A stretch of 64,000 nucleotides of DNA, taken from assembly GCA_963737655.1 (NCBI GenBank), contig CAVTTN010000002.1:6176001-6240000 (forward strand), read 5' to 3'. Shown piece after piece: positions 1 to 11,181 of this stretch. Each line of letters starts with the position of its first letter. Within the stretch, counting starts at the first letter, position 1. Made by a program: the position numbers and the translations under genes. Under the pieces are notes generated by a model. That model was not told where the DNA came from. It saw only the letters and a list, made by a program, of their open reading frames with translations, and did not search any database. The stretch comes from an uncultured Planctomycetota bacterium (GTDB lineage: Bacteria; Planctomycetota; Planctomycetia; Isosphaerales; Isosphaeraceae).

Positions 1-1
1 G

Positions 2-2992
2 GACGCCGAAGTCCCCCTGCCCGACCGGCTCCGGCTCCACGAAGTCCTCGCCGCCCTCTGGAAAGACGACGGCCCGTTCGCCCGCCAGTGCCTGCTCGAC
101 ATCATCGCCCGAATCCCCGCGCGATACGGCCCGTGGAAGGCGCTCAAGAGGATCTTCAAGGAGGCCCAGGCGAAGGGGGACGACGAGATGTTCGCCGCCC
201 TGGCCGCCCGGTTCGACTCGGCCTATGCCGAGCACCAGACCGAGGTCGGCAAGCTCACCCTCGCCTACCTCCGCCGGAGGGCCTGGCGGCACCTCCGCCG
301 GACCGCCGAACGCCTCCCGGCCGCCTATGCGGACCTCGCCGCCGACGTCCTGGCCCGATACGACGACGGGACCCAGTGGGCCAAGACGTGGGTCGCCAAC
401 CACATCCTGCTTCATGGCGGCAAGGGCTACGGGCGCGGGGAATTCGGGTACACCGGGGCGATGTCCACCGGCAACTTCACCAAGTTCCGCGCCTATCCCG
501 AGCTCTGGAAGCGGACGCCCCGCCCCCTGTTCGGCCTCCTGGAGCGGTCGCGGAACGAGAGGGCCCGGCGGTTCGCCAGCATGGCGCTGAAGGAGGACTT
601 CCGCGCCTCGCTCCGCGAGGTCGAGCCCGGATGGGTCGCCCGGCTCGTGGCCGTCCGCAGCCAGTCGGTCGATCAGTTCGTGGTCTGGGTCCTGTCGAAT
701 GTCCCGAGGTTCGAGCAGGCCGCGTTCCGCGCGCTGGGGCTCCATGAGGCGGTCCTCCGCCTGTTCGATTCGCCGTCGGACGAGGCCCGGACCTATGCGG
801 CCGGCTACGCGCGGACCCACTCGCGAGACTTGCCCGTCTCCCGCCTGATCGAGCTCGCCGACAACGACAACGACGACGTCCGCCGGCTCGCGGCCGACCT
901 CCTCGGCGACCTCGACCCCCGGAAAGATGTGGGCCTGGACGCCTGGGGCCGGCTCCTGGAGACCGAGAACGGCTCGAAGCTCGCCGCCGACGCCATCCGC
1001 AAGAATTTCGGCCCCAAGGAGCTGACGCCCGAGTGGTTCCGCACCCACCTCTTCACGCCCCACGACGACGCCTTCCGCTTCCTCTCGGGCCTCCTGGCGC
1101 AGGTCCACCCCGCCGAGAAGCTCGGCCCGGACTTCTTCCGGGGGCTGATCGAAGCGGCGCCCGAGGACGTGGATGAGGACGCCTGGGGTCACGTCGCCCC
1201 GTTCGCCCTGAAGCAACTGGAGAGGTTCGACCTCAACGCCCTGCCCTCCGCGTTCCTCCGCCGATTGGTCCTGGATTCGAGGACGCGCGATACCGTGGCC
1301 TCCTGGATCGACTCGGGGCGGCTGAAGCCCTCGTCGATCGGGATCGACTTCCTCAAGGCGATGGCGTCCTCGGCGGATTTCGAGGCCCATCCCGCCGTGG
1401 TCGAGGCCCGCCGGCTCGGGCCGAAGTGGGCGAAATCGCTGGCCTATGACGAGAGGTTCGCCGACCGCGTGCTGGCGATCCTCGGCGACGTCCGCAAGGT
1501 CCTGCCCGCCGACCTCGGGTTCGAGTGGCTCCTGTCCCTGGCCTCGCGGAGCGAGCCCCGGTATCACGATTTCGCCGTGGGAGTGCTGACCAAGGGGTTC
1601 GTCCCGGCCGACTTCGCCCCGGGCGATCCGGCGACGGCCTCGGCCTCGACATCGGGGCCGATCGACCTCGGCGGCGCGTCCTTCCTGTTCACCGGCAAGA
1701 TGGCCACGATGAAGAGGAACGACGCCGAGGCCCAGGTGAAGGCCTCGGCCGGCTCGGTGGCCTCGGGCGTGTCGGCGAAGCTCCATTACCTCGTGATCGG
1801 CGACGAGGGCTCGCCGCTCTTCGGCCACGGCAAGAAGGGGGACAAGCAGACCAAGGCCGAGTCCCTGAACGCCTCCGGGGCGAACATCAAGATCATCTCC
1901 GAGACCGCATTCCTGAAGATGCTCGCCGGGGGCGTGAAGGAGGTCTCGGCCGACGCCTCGCTCGCCGGCTCCGAACGGCTCTGGGACATGGCCACCGCCC
2001 CCGGTCCGGCCGACGCGCCCAGGGCCCGATTCGCGATCGAATACCTCCTGAAACATCACCCCGAGATCGGCCCGGCCCGGACCGAGAAGCCCGTCGATCC
2101 CGGGGCCGAGGTGCCCTCGGAGTTCTTCGATTTTCGGCGGATCGAGCCGCTGTTCCAGGAGACGAGGAAGCCGCTCCGCGACTTCGCCCTGACGCTCGCC
2201 CGCTGGGAGTTCGCCCGCTGGTCGCCCCCGCCGGAGAGCCTCGTCAAGCTGGCCGAGAGCCCTCATCTCGACGTCCGCCGGTTCGTCGCGGAAGCCCTTT
2301 TGGCCGACGACCTGCCCGAGAACCGCCGGTTCCGGATCGACCCGGAGACGCTCAGCCCGTCCGCCGTGTACAGCTTCTGCGAGTCCGCCGATGCCTCGAC
2401 GAGAGACCTCGGGATGCAGCTCATCGGCCGGTCGCCCCGGCTCCGCGAACCCGAGGAGCTGTTCCGATTGACCGATAGCCCGGATCGCCAGATGAGGGCG
2501 TTCGTCGTCCGGGCGTTGTGGTCGCTCTATCGGGATCGCGGGATCACCGAGGGCTGGAAGCCGTCGCTCCCCCCGGCGCCCACGGTCGGCGCCGGGGCGA
2601 GGAAGGCGGCGGCCGTGGCCGCGGAGACCCGCGGGACCGGCCCTCCGGCGAGGCCCGAGAATCCCCCGGCCGAGCCCCGGTCGATGTGGGGCCTCCTCCG
2701 CCGGTCGTTGTTCGAGCTGCCGCCCCCCCGGCCCGAGAAGGGGGAGGCCGTCGAGGCCCAGGGGCGATTGAAGCCCCTCCCGGCGCGGATGGCCAAGCTC
2801 GCGATGATCGAGGTCACGCGCGACCTGGCGATCGAGGACCAGGCGTTTGCCCGGGGGGTGTTGCCCCTGCTCGAAGAGTTCCTGCCGTCCCGCGGGATCA
2901 GCGAGAAATCGGCCTGCCTCGTGGCGATCTCGCGGATTCGCCAGGCGTGGCCGTCCTTGCTGCGGCCGATCGGCGAGGGGGTGGCGTCGTGA
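2..2992 (+). CDS. Large helical-repeat protein with internal BRCT domain; first visible gene of the retron-associated operon (5' end lies upstream of window)
   Basis: Frame is open from position 2 (DAEVPLPDRL...) into ORF 188..2992. BRCT-like segment SFLFTGKMATMKRNDAEAQVKASAGSVASGVSAKLHYLVIG...IISETAFLKML at ~1675-1925. Stop overlaps next start (GTGA 2989-2992). Confidence 0.8.
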   Translation, partial: DAEVPLPDRLRLHEVLAALWKDDGPFARQCLLDIIARIPARYGPWKALKRIFKEAQAKGDDEMFAALAARFDSAYAEHQTEVGKLTLAYLRRRAWRHLRRTAERLPAAYADLAADVLARYDDGTQWAKTWVANHILLHGGKGYGRGEFGYTGAMSTGNFTKFRAYPELWKRTPRPLFGLLERSRNERARRFASMALKEDFRASLREVEPGWVARLVAVRSQSVDQFVVWVLSNVPRFEQAAFRALGLHEAVLRLFDSPSDEARTYAAGYARTHSRDLPVSRLIELADNDNDDVRRLAADLLGDLDPRKDVGLDAWGRLLETENGSKLAADAIRKNFGPKELTPEWFRTHLFTPHDDAFRFLSGLLAQVHPAEKLGPDFFRGLIEAAPEDVDEDAWGHVAPFALKQLERFDLNALPSAFLRRLVLDSRTRDTVASWIDSGRLKPSSIGIDFLKAMASSADFEAHPAVVEARRLGPKWAKSLAYDERFADRVLAILGDVRKVLPADLGFEWLLSLASRSEPRYHDFAVGVLTKGFVPADFAPGDPATASASTSGPIDLGGASFLFTGKMATMKRNDAEAQVKASAGSVASGVSAKLHYLVIGDEGSPLFGHGKKGDKQTKAESLNASGANIKIISETAFLKMLAGGVKEVSADASLAGSERLWDMATAPGPADAPRARFAIEYLLKHHPEIGPARTEKPVDPGAEVPSEFFDFRRIEPLFQETRKPLRDFALTLARWEFARWSPPPESLVKLAESPHLDVRRFVAEALLADDLPENRRFRIDPETLSPSAVYSFCESADASTRDLGMQLIGRSPRLREPEELFRLTDSPDRQMRAFVVRALWSLYRDRGITEGWKPSLPPAPTVGAGARKAAAVAAETRGTGPPARPENPPAEPRSMWGLLRRSLFELPPPRPEKGEAVEAQGRLKPLPARMAKLAMIEVTRDLAIEDQAFARGVLPLLEEFLPSRGISEKSACLVAISRIRQAWPSLLRPIGEGVAS

Positions 2993-5900
2993 GCGAACCT
3001 CTGGACTACGACATCCCGTTCCGGGGCGACCTGAAGGCGGCCGTCGGCGTCGGCTCGGCGGTCCTGTTCGTCACCCATCACCCCGAAGGCCGGCCGGCGG
3101 GCCTCGTCTGGAACGACCTGGGCGAGGAGCGGCCGAAGTCGCAAGTCTTCGTCCTGCCGGGGGGCGGCTCGGCCCTCGTCGCCGACGGCGATTCGGTCTG
3201 GGTCGGCGGAGGGGACGGCCAGCTCTATCGAGGCCCCGTCGGCGACGCCCCGAAGCCGATCGGCCCGAAGCTCCCGGGGCCTCCGAAGGGCCTGGCGATC
3301 CTGTCGGACGACCGCCTCGGCGCGATCGTCGGCTCCGAATTGCTGATCCTTTCGCGCCAGGATGGCAGGACGAAACAATCGCTGCCCTTGCCGGCGGTCC
3401 GTTCGGCGATCGCGGCCGACCCGGCGGGCAAGTGGGTGGCGGTGGGGTCGGTCGACGGCTCGATCTCGGTCTTCGAGGGCGAGGGCGCGGCGGAGTTCGT
3501 CCCGAGCGACTCGCGGAAGGTCCACGAAGCCGCCGTCACGGCCCTGCTGTTCGAGCGCGACGACCTCCGTTTCTTCTCCGCCGGGGCCGATCAAAGGCTG
3601 TTCACCACCCACGCCCGGGGCAAGCTCGAACCCGAGGACAAGGGACGCGGGAACACTCATGCCGACGTCGTCCCGTCGATGATCTGGGGCCCGGCCGACC
3701 GCCTCCTGACCGGCGGCCGGGACGGCGCCGTGAAATCCTGGCCCCGGGTCGGCGGGGTGAAGCCCTCGACCCAGAAGGACGGCGTGGCGAAGGTCGTCGC
3801 GATGGCCCTGGTGACCCGCCTGGGCCGCGAGCACCTGGCCGTCGCCTGCGAGGACAACACGGTCCGGACGTTCTCGCTGGACGCCTCCGGCAAGATCGGC
3901 GACCTCGTGACCCGGGGGCACGACGCCCTGGCGTCGGCGCGTCGGGAGCTCGGCGGCAACGACCATCGAGGCCGGGAAGTCGCCCTGCATCGCCTGGCCG
4001 AGTACGACGACTCCGCCGGGCTCGGGCTGGTGGCCGAGCAGGTCGGCAAGGACCCCGACCACGCCCTCCGCGTGAAGGCGGCCGAGCTCCTCGGGAAGTC
4101 GGACAACCCCCAGGCCGCCACCTTGCTGGAGCCGATGCTCAAGCATCCCGAGGCGGCCGTCCGCTCGGCGGTCCTCGCCGGGCTGAGGAGGCAGAGGGGG
4201 GCGGCCGACCTGCGGACGCTCGACCTCGCGCTCAGGGCCGAGAAGCCCGAGATCGGCAAGGCGGCCGTGGAGGCGCTCGCCGAGATCGCCCCGAAGGACG
4301 ATCGCGCGCTCGCCCGGCTCACGGCCGCCCTGTCGGCCAGGACGCCCGAGACCCGCCAGGCCGCGCTGATCGGCCTCGAATCGGCCTATGCGAAGGATTC
4401 GCCCGAGGCCGACCTGATCGCCCTGGGCACCGAGTTCGCGGACGTCCGCCAGGCCGCCCTGTTGCGGCTCTTCCGCCGGGGGTTCCTCGAAGACCCGGCC
4501 GTGAGGACCGCGTTGAGGCTCCGGGCCGAGGACGCCGATGCGGAGGTCCGCCGGGTCGCCTTCCTGCTCGCGCTCCACGCCCGACCGTCCTTGCTGGCGA
4601 GCCTCCGGGCCCGGGACCCCGAGCTCGAACGCCAGGTCGCCGACCTCGAAGGCACCGCCGAGCCGGCGAAGGCGCCGAAAAAGGCCACGACCAAAGAGGC
4701 AGCCCTCGCGAGCGACGACCTCGAGCCGCTCCTCCAGGCGTCGGCCAGCCGGTCGCTGGATACGAGCCTTCGAGGGGCCCGGGGGCTGGCCGTCCTGGGC
4801 GATCCCCGGGCGTTCGGGCTGCTCCTGCAACTCAGTCGCGAGGACGAGGCGACGGCCCGGGTCGAGGTCTGCCGGGCGATGGCGGCCCTGGACGACCCCC
4901 GGGCCGTCGAGAGGCTGCGATCGCTCCTGGCGGACGCCGACGCGGCGGTCCGCGACGCGGCGTTCTCGGCCCTGGCCCGGCTCCACCAGGCCGACCCGTG
5001 GAAGGCGGCGGAAGCCGGCCTGACGGCCCCGTCCGAGGACGTCCGCCGCCGGGGGCTCGGCGTCCTGATCGCCTCCGCGAGGAAGGCCCCGCCGAAGGGG
5101 CCCGACGACCGCGCGTGGAACCTCCTGGCCGACGCCCTGAATGACGCCTTCGCCTCGATCCACTCCGAGGCGTTCAAGGCCGTCCTGAACCTGGGGATCG
5201 GCGGAGGGGGCCCGGCGTCCCTGCGGTTCGCCATGAAGAGCCTTCGCGCGGAGGTCCGCTCCGAGGCGTTGAAAGAGGCCGAGGCCCTGGTCGGCCAGCC
5301 GGGCGGCTGGGACGTCCTCCTGGAGTTCTTCAACGACCCCGATTCGGCCCTCCGAGGCCGCGCCTTCGAGTTCGCCACGAAGAAGACCAAGGGGCTGGAG
5401 ATCCTCGACGCGGCGCTCGGCTCGCGCTATCCCGAGATGCGCAAGGCGGCCGTCGAGGGGCTGGTCAAGAAGCACACCGCCGCCGCTCAGAAGCTGCTGG
5501 TCCGGGCCCTGGAGGACGAGGCTCGCGCGGTCCGGCTCGCGGCCCTGGAATCGCTCGTCGCCGAGGACGCCGTCCCCGTCTTGCTGGAAGCCCTGGACGG
5601 CCCTCATGCCGACGTCCGCCTCCGGGCGGCGAAGGCCCTCGCCCGCCACGGCCGGGCCGAGGCGCTCGCCCCCCTGCTCTCCCTGGTCACGACCCCCGAA
5701 CCCCTCGAAAACGAGCGGAAGAAGGACTGGCTCGGCCTCGCCGAATCGGCCCTCGACGGCCTGGGCGAGCTCGGCGACCCGGCGGCCGTCCCGGCGCTGA
5801 TCCCCCTGATCGACAGCCCGCATCCGGCCCTGAGATGGCGGGCCACTCAGGCCCTGGCCTGGTCGTGCCCGCCCGGGGCGACGGCGCCGCTGCGCGACGC

Positions 5901-8900
5901 GCTCCGACATCAAGACGTCCAGGTCCGTTCCGCCTCGGCGGTGGGCCTGGCGTACTCGGGCGACCCGTCGGCCGTCCCGTTGATGCTCTCCAAGGAGGCC
6001 GCGAAGAGCCTGAGCGCCGGCGAGATCCTCGGGGCGGCGCTGGCCCTCAGCGAATCGGCCAGCGGCGAGGGGCACCTGCTCGCGACGCTCGACGACTCCG
6101 GCGTGAAGGCCCGGGACCGGGCCCTGCGGATGCTCGTGATCCTCGAATGGAAGGCCCCGAGGGCGATGGCCGGTCGGCTCCTGGCCGCCCTCGCCGCCCG
6201 GGACGCGAGGACCCGCCTGGTCGCCGCCGAGGCGCTCGAGGCCCTCGCCGAACCGGCCGGGCTCGCCCCGTTCGTCGGCCGCCTGATCAACGAAGCCGAC
6301 CGCAAGACGCCGTGGAAGATCGCCGCCGCGACGCTCGACGACCTCGGCGAGCTCCTCGCCCACGCCGACCCCCGCCTCCGCGCCGGACCGCCCGGCTCCT
6401 CCGCCACCTCGACGCCGACGAGTCGGCCGAGTTCGACCAGGTCTGGGCCGTCCACTCGGCCCGGTTCGCGGCGGAAATCCAGGCGCTCCGAGCCGCCTCG
6501 AAGACCCGCAAGCCGCCGAAGGACCGGCCGTCGGCCGAGGGCCTCCGCGACCTGGCGTTCGGCGCCTATGTGGGCCTGGTCCGGGAGCACGGAGGACGGC
6601 CGAACGACCCGTCGAAGACCGTGGCCGTCCGGCTCTCGGCCCTGAATCACCTCGTGGCGATGGCCCGCTCCGACCCGAAGTTCGCCTCCGGGGCCCGGCC
6701 GGTCCTGGTCCAGGCGATGGGCGACCCGAACGCGGCGGTCAGGCTGCCCGCCTTCGAGGCGCTGCCCGGGCTCGGCCTGCCCTCGGGCGATCTCGCCGCC
6801 GAGGCCCTGGGCGTGGGCCACGTCGATCTCGGCATCAAGGGGTTGGAGGCTCCTGTCCGGCTCGGGGACGTCCGCCGAGGGCCGACGGGTGCTCGACTCC
6901 GCCATGCTCTCGCGACGGGACGACCTCGCCACCGAGGCCGCCAAGCTCCTGATCGCCCGGGAAGGCCCGGCGCCCGTGGCCGCTCGCGCCCTGGACGCCG
7001 CCCACGAGCCGTTGCGGCGGCTCGCCGTCTCGTGGCTGATCGACGAGTTCGACAAGGCCCCCGAGGCGAAGGATTCGCTGCGAAAGGCCCTGAAATCGCG
7101 ATACCCCGAGGTCCGCGAGGCCGCGGCGTTCGGCCTGGCCGGCAAGAAAGACCTGGCCGCGTTCGACGCGCTGGTCGGCCTGCTGAAGGACGCCCCGAAG
7201 TCCGACGCCGCCCGCCCCTACGTCCGCGCCCTGACCTCGCTCGGGGACCCGCGAACGGCCTCCGCGTTCGTCGATCGCGTCGAGGATGACCCGGCCGGGA
7301 CGGCGCCCGTCGAGGACCTCCTCAAGGCCGCCGGCTCGTCCCGCAACCCGGAGGTCTTCGACCGCCTGTTCGCCCTCCTCGACAAGCCCGGCCGGCGATC
7401 CCCCGCGCTCGTGCCGGCCCTCCTGGCGATCTCCGGCCACGACCAGCCGATCGAGGATTTCGAGGACGAGCGCGACGACCGCAAGTGGGAAGCCTCGCAG
7501 TTCCCCCGGCAGGATGAGCTGCTCGCCCGCCTCCTCGGCCGGTTGACCGCCCCCGGAGAGACCGGCGCCTCGGACCTGATCCGCCCCGCTCGATGGTCGC
7601 GATCCGGGGCCGTCGATCCGGTCCTCGCGACCCTGATCGCGCACCCCGACGAATCGACCCGCCGGGCCGCGATCGAGGCCATCGGCTGGCGAGCCCGCAA
7701 GCGAAAGGGCGATTTCGCCCCGCTGGTCAAGGCGCTCGGCTCGAAGGACCCGGTCGCGCAACTGCTCGCGGCCGAGGGGCTGGCGAGGGCCGGGAGGCCC
7801 GAGGGGCTGTCGGTCCTGCTCGCGAGCGTCGAGTTCGTGACCGACCTGAACCTCCGCCGCCGCGCCGTCTCGGCCCTGGGCGAGCTGGGCGACGAGAGGT
7901 CCGCCGACGTGCTCGTGAAGCTCGCCGGGGAGGACGGCCACGCGCTCCAGGACGAGGCCGCCGAAGCGATCGGCCACCTCGGCCAGTCCAAACATGCCGA
8001 GGCGATCACTCGGCTCCTCGAACGTCACGCCCGGGGCAACGGCAGCGTCGTCCAGCACGCGATCCAGGGGCTTCGCTGGCTGAATACGGCCTCCGGCTGG
8101 GGGCTGATCCGCGACCGGGCCGTGGACCCGTCGTTCTTCGATCGCGAGATCGCCGTCGAGCAGCTCGCCCACGACCGCGACCCCGCCACGAAGGACCTCC
8201 TCCTTCGTTTGCTGGCCGAGGACGACGATTTCAGCGTCCTCGAAGCGGCCGTGAACTCGGCCAGGAAGGTGTTCGGGCCGGATTCGCTGGAGCCGGACGA
8301 GGCGATCGTCCAGAACGAGAACGCCACCGGCTCGGACGACTTCGAGGCCGCCGAGGAGCGCGTCTGCGAGCGGTCCAGCCCGGCGCGGATCTTCGCGATC
8401 CTGGAGAAATCGCCGCCCGAGGAGGTCCGCACGTCCCTGTGCCGGGCGTTGCTGAACCGGCCGTCGCCGCCGCTGGCCGAGGCGGAGGCCGGGCTCGGCA
8501 GCCCGTCGCCGATCGTCGCGGCCCTGGCGGCGAGCCTCCTGGGCCGGGCCGGCTCGCCGAAGGCCGGGGCCTCGGTGAAGAAGGCGCTCGAAGCCCGATG
8601 GTCGGCCTGGAAGGCCCGCCGCGAGACCTCGCGCGACGAGGCCGACGGCGGCCCCCGAGCCGAAGAGGCCCTCGCCCTCGCCCGGCTGATCTGGGCATCC
8701 GGGAGGCTCGGAGCCGCCCTCGATCTCCTCGCCGAGATCGCCCGGACCCCGGCCGACGACCGATTCGCGGCGACGGTCCGAAAGGCGGCCGTCCAGGCCC
8801 TCGCCGCCTCTCCGAACCCCTCGAAAAATGCGATCGAGGCCCTCGAATCGGCCGCCGAAGCGGGGAATCCCGACCTCCGCGCCGAGGCGGCGCAGGCCCT

Positions 8901-9309
8901 CGCCGAGAACGCCCCGAAGGCCGCCGCCAAACTCGCCGAAACGCTCCTCTCCGACCGCTCCGCGTTCGACCGCCTGGCCCGGGCCGACGGCCTCGGCGCC
9001 GTCCTTCGCAGCAACGCGGGCGTCGCTCATTATCAAGGCGTGGTCTTGCCCTATCTTGTCGAAGAACAAGACGTGAAGACGCTGGCCGCCGTCGCCGAGG
9101 ACCGCTCCCGGCCCGAATTCGCCCGGCTCGGCGCGATCGAGGCGCTCGCCGCGACGGCCCTCGGGCCGGCCGAGGACGTCCTGAAGCGGATCGGCGCCAA
9201 CTCCGGCGACGACGAGGAGATCCGCAAGGCCGCCTGGCGGGCCGTCCGACGATCGCGGAGGCTCCGACTCAAGGCCAATCCCCCGAAGAAGGCCGAGGTG
9301 GCGAGATGA
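2989..9309 (+). CDS. Giant WD40 beta-propeller plus HEAT/ARM-repeat protein (~2100 aa reconstructed across two compensating indels)
   Basis: GTG at 2989. WD40-like repeats (VHEAAVTALLF..FFSAGADQRL, LLTGGRDGAVKSW), then many HEAT/PBS-lyase-like repeats (ALEDEARAVRLAALESL). Coding frame switches at ~6384 (into ORF 5835..7289) and ~6849 (into ORF 6889..9309). Confidence 0.8.
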
Positions 9310-11174
9310 GCGACGCCCCCGATCCCGAGGTCGCCGAACCGGCCGGGCCCGAGCGGACCGAGGTCCACCTGACCTACGCCGGGGCCAGCCGCCTCGTCTC
9401 GGACGAGGGATCGGCCCGCCTCGCCCTGGCCGGCGACCTCCGCCGCGACCCCGTCCGGTTCGATGGCGTGATCAACGATCCCTTGCGGTTCCGCGAGGCG
9501 ATGTCGGCCCTCTACGCCGTCGTCGCCAGCGACATGCGCTATCAGCCCAAGGACCGCACCGCCTACCTCGCCTACACGAGGATGCGCCGCGAATCCTCGG
9601 GCCTGGACGCCCTCCACGCCCAGCGAGAATACTTCTCCTGGCTCCTCCAGAACGACCCGCTCGCCTTCGTGATCCTCGACCCGGTGGTGACGGTCCACCC
9701 CGACCAGGTCTTCTTCGAGGTCTTCAGCAAGGACGAGGGCGCCTATGCGAAGCTCGGCATCGATCATGACGCCTTCACGAGCGAATCCGAGCCGTCGTTC
9801 GGCACGACGAACGTCGATTTCAGCCAGGGCCTGTTCCGGGGCATCCAGCAGATGCGGTCGTACCGCGAGACCCGCCTGAGCATCGGCCGGGAGGGCGTGG
9901 CTCTGGCCACGGCGACGGCCGGCGAAGTCCTGGAGAAGACGATCCAGGTGCCCGATTCCTGGCTCCGGGGCTTCCTCCAGGTCCAGTCCGCCGCCGCCCT
10001 CCCGCGCGACACGTTCTCGCTCAAGCCGATCGACCTGTATAACGCGCTGCGATATCTGCGACTGCACGCGGACAAGAAAGGCCAGCGCCGGGGGCTGAGG
10101 GTCGAGCTGATGCCCGGGCAGCCGCCCCGGCTCGTCCTGGAGCCGTGGAACGAGGTGATCCCGGCGACGGCCGGGCCGTACAGGGGCAAGTCCTCGCGGG
10201 TGGCGCGGGTCTGGGGCCGCCGCCGATTGATGCTCATGCAACGCTTCCTGCCGTTCGTGGAAGATGTCGATGTCCACCTCCTGGGCAGCGGCCTGCCGAG
10301 CTTCTGGGTCCTCCGGGGGCGGGGGATGTCCTTGACCCTCGGATTGACCGGCTTCACGGCCGCGAACTGGTCCCAGGCGCTGAACTTCGACCTCCTCCTG
10401 CCGCGAAAGGCCGAGCCGGGCGGGAAGGACCTGGAGGCGGTCCTCGCCCACCTCGCCCCCCGGTGGTCGGCCGGGGCCGGCGAGCTGGCGAAGGCCACGA
10501 AATTGCCCTGGCCGAAGCTGGTCGAGGCGCTGCAACTGGGCTGCCAGCAAGGCCGGATCATGTACGACATCGCGGCCGACGTCTATCGGTTGCGCCCTCT
10601 GACCGACGCCCCGCTCGACCTCTCCCGGCTGGAGTTCCGCGACCCCCGCGAGAAGGTCGCGCATGACCTGCTCGTCCGCCGGGGCGCGGTGACGATCACC
10701 GGGGAGAACCGCATCCCGGGCTCGGGGCTGGAAATCACCGGGAAGGTCGTGGTGGACGAGGACCGCCGCGAATATCGGCCGCAGATGCTCCTGGCCGACG
10801 AGGGGCAGGTCGCGAAGGCCGAATGCACGTGCTCGACGTTCCGCAAGCAGGGCCTGAAGGGCGGCCCGTGCGTCCACCTCGTCGCCCTCCGGCTCGCCCT
10901 GGCCGCCCGGGAAGCCCGGAGGGCGTCGGGCTCCGAGCCGGCCGACGCGATCACCGCCGAGACCCGGCTGTTCAGCCGCCGCGACCCGTCCGGCGAGGAC
11001 GTGGTGCAGATCACCCTCGACCGCCGCCGGGTGAAGTCGCGATGGGGCCGCGCCGACGGCCCTTCGCGGCTCCAGACGCTCACGTTCGACTCGACCGAGG
11101 ACGTGCGCGGGGCGTACCTCGCCCGGATCGCCGACCTCGACGCCCGCGGATTCCTCGACGCCTCGGCCGGATGA
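9306..11174 (+). CDS. SWIM zinc-finger protein with C-terminal WGR-like domain
   Basis: ATG overlaps upstream stop (ATGA 9306-9309). CxC-x12-CxH motif AECTCSTFRKQGLKGGPCVHLVAL. C-terminal RVKSRWGRADG...LDARGFLD. Confidence 0.85.
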   Translation: MSDAPDPEVAEPAGPERTEVHLTYAGASRLVSDEGSARLALAGDLRRDPVRFDGVINDPLRFREAMSALYAVVASDMRYQPKDRTAYLAYTRMRRESSGLDALHAQREYFSWLLQNDPLAFVILDPVVTVHPDQVFFEVFSKDEGAYAKLGIDHDAFTSESEPSFGTTNVDFSQGLFRGIQQMRSYRETRLSIGREGVALATATAGEVLEKTIQVPDSWLRGFLQVQSAAALPRDTFSLKPIDLYNALRYLRLHADKKGQRRGLRVELMPGQPPRLVLEPWNEVIPATAGPYRGKSSRVARVWGRRRLMLMQRFLPFVEDVDVHLLGSGLPSFWVLRGRGMSLTLGLTGFTAANWSQALNFDLLLPRKAEPGGKDLEAVLAHLAPRWSAGAGELAKATKLPWPKLVEALQLGCQQGRIMYDIAADVYRLRPLTDAPLDLSRLEFRDPREKVAHDLLVRRGAVTITGENRIPGSGLEITGKVVVDEDRREYRPQMLLADEGQVAKAECTCSTFRKQGLKGGPCVHLVALRLALAAREARRASGSEPADAITAETRLFSRRDPSGEDVVQITLDRRRVKSRWGRADGPSRLQTLTFDSTEDVRGAYLARIADLDARGFLDASAG

Positions 11175-11181
11175 GACCCTC

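Noticed and set aside
6384..6849. Programmed ribosomal frameshifting in the HEAT gene
   Set aside because: No canonical slippery heptamer; the same indel type occurs in many unrelated genes.
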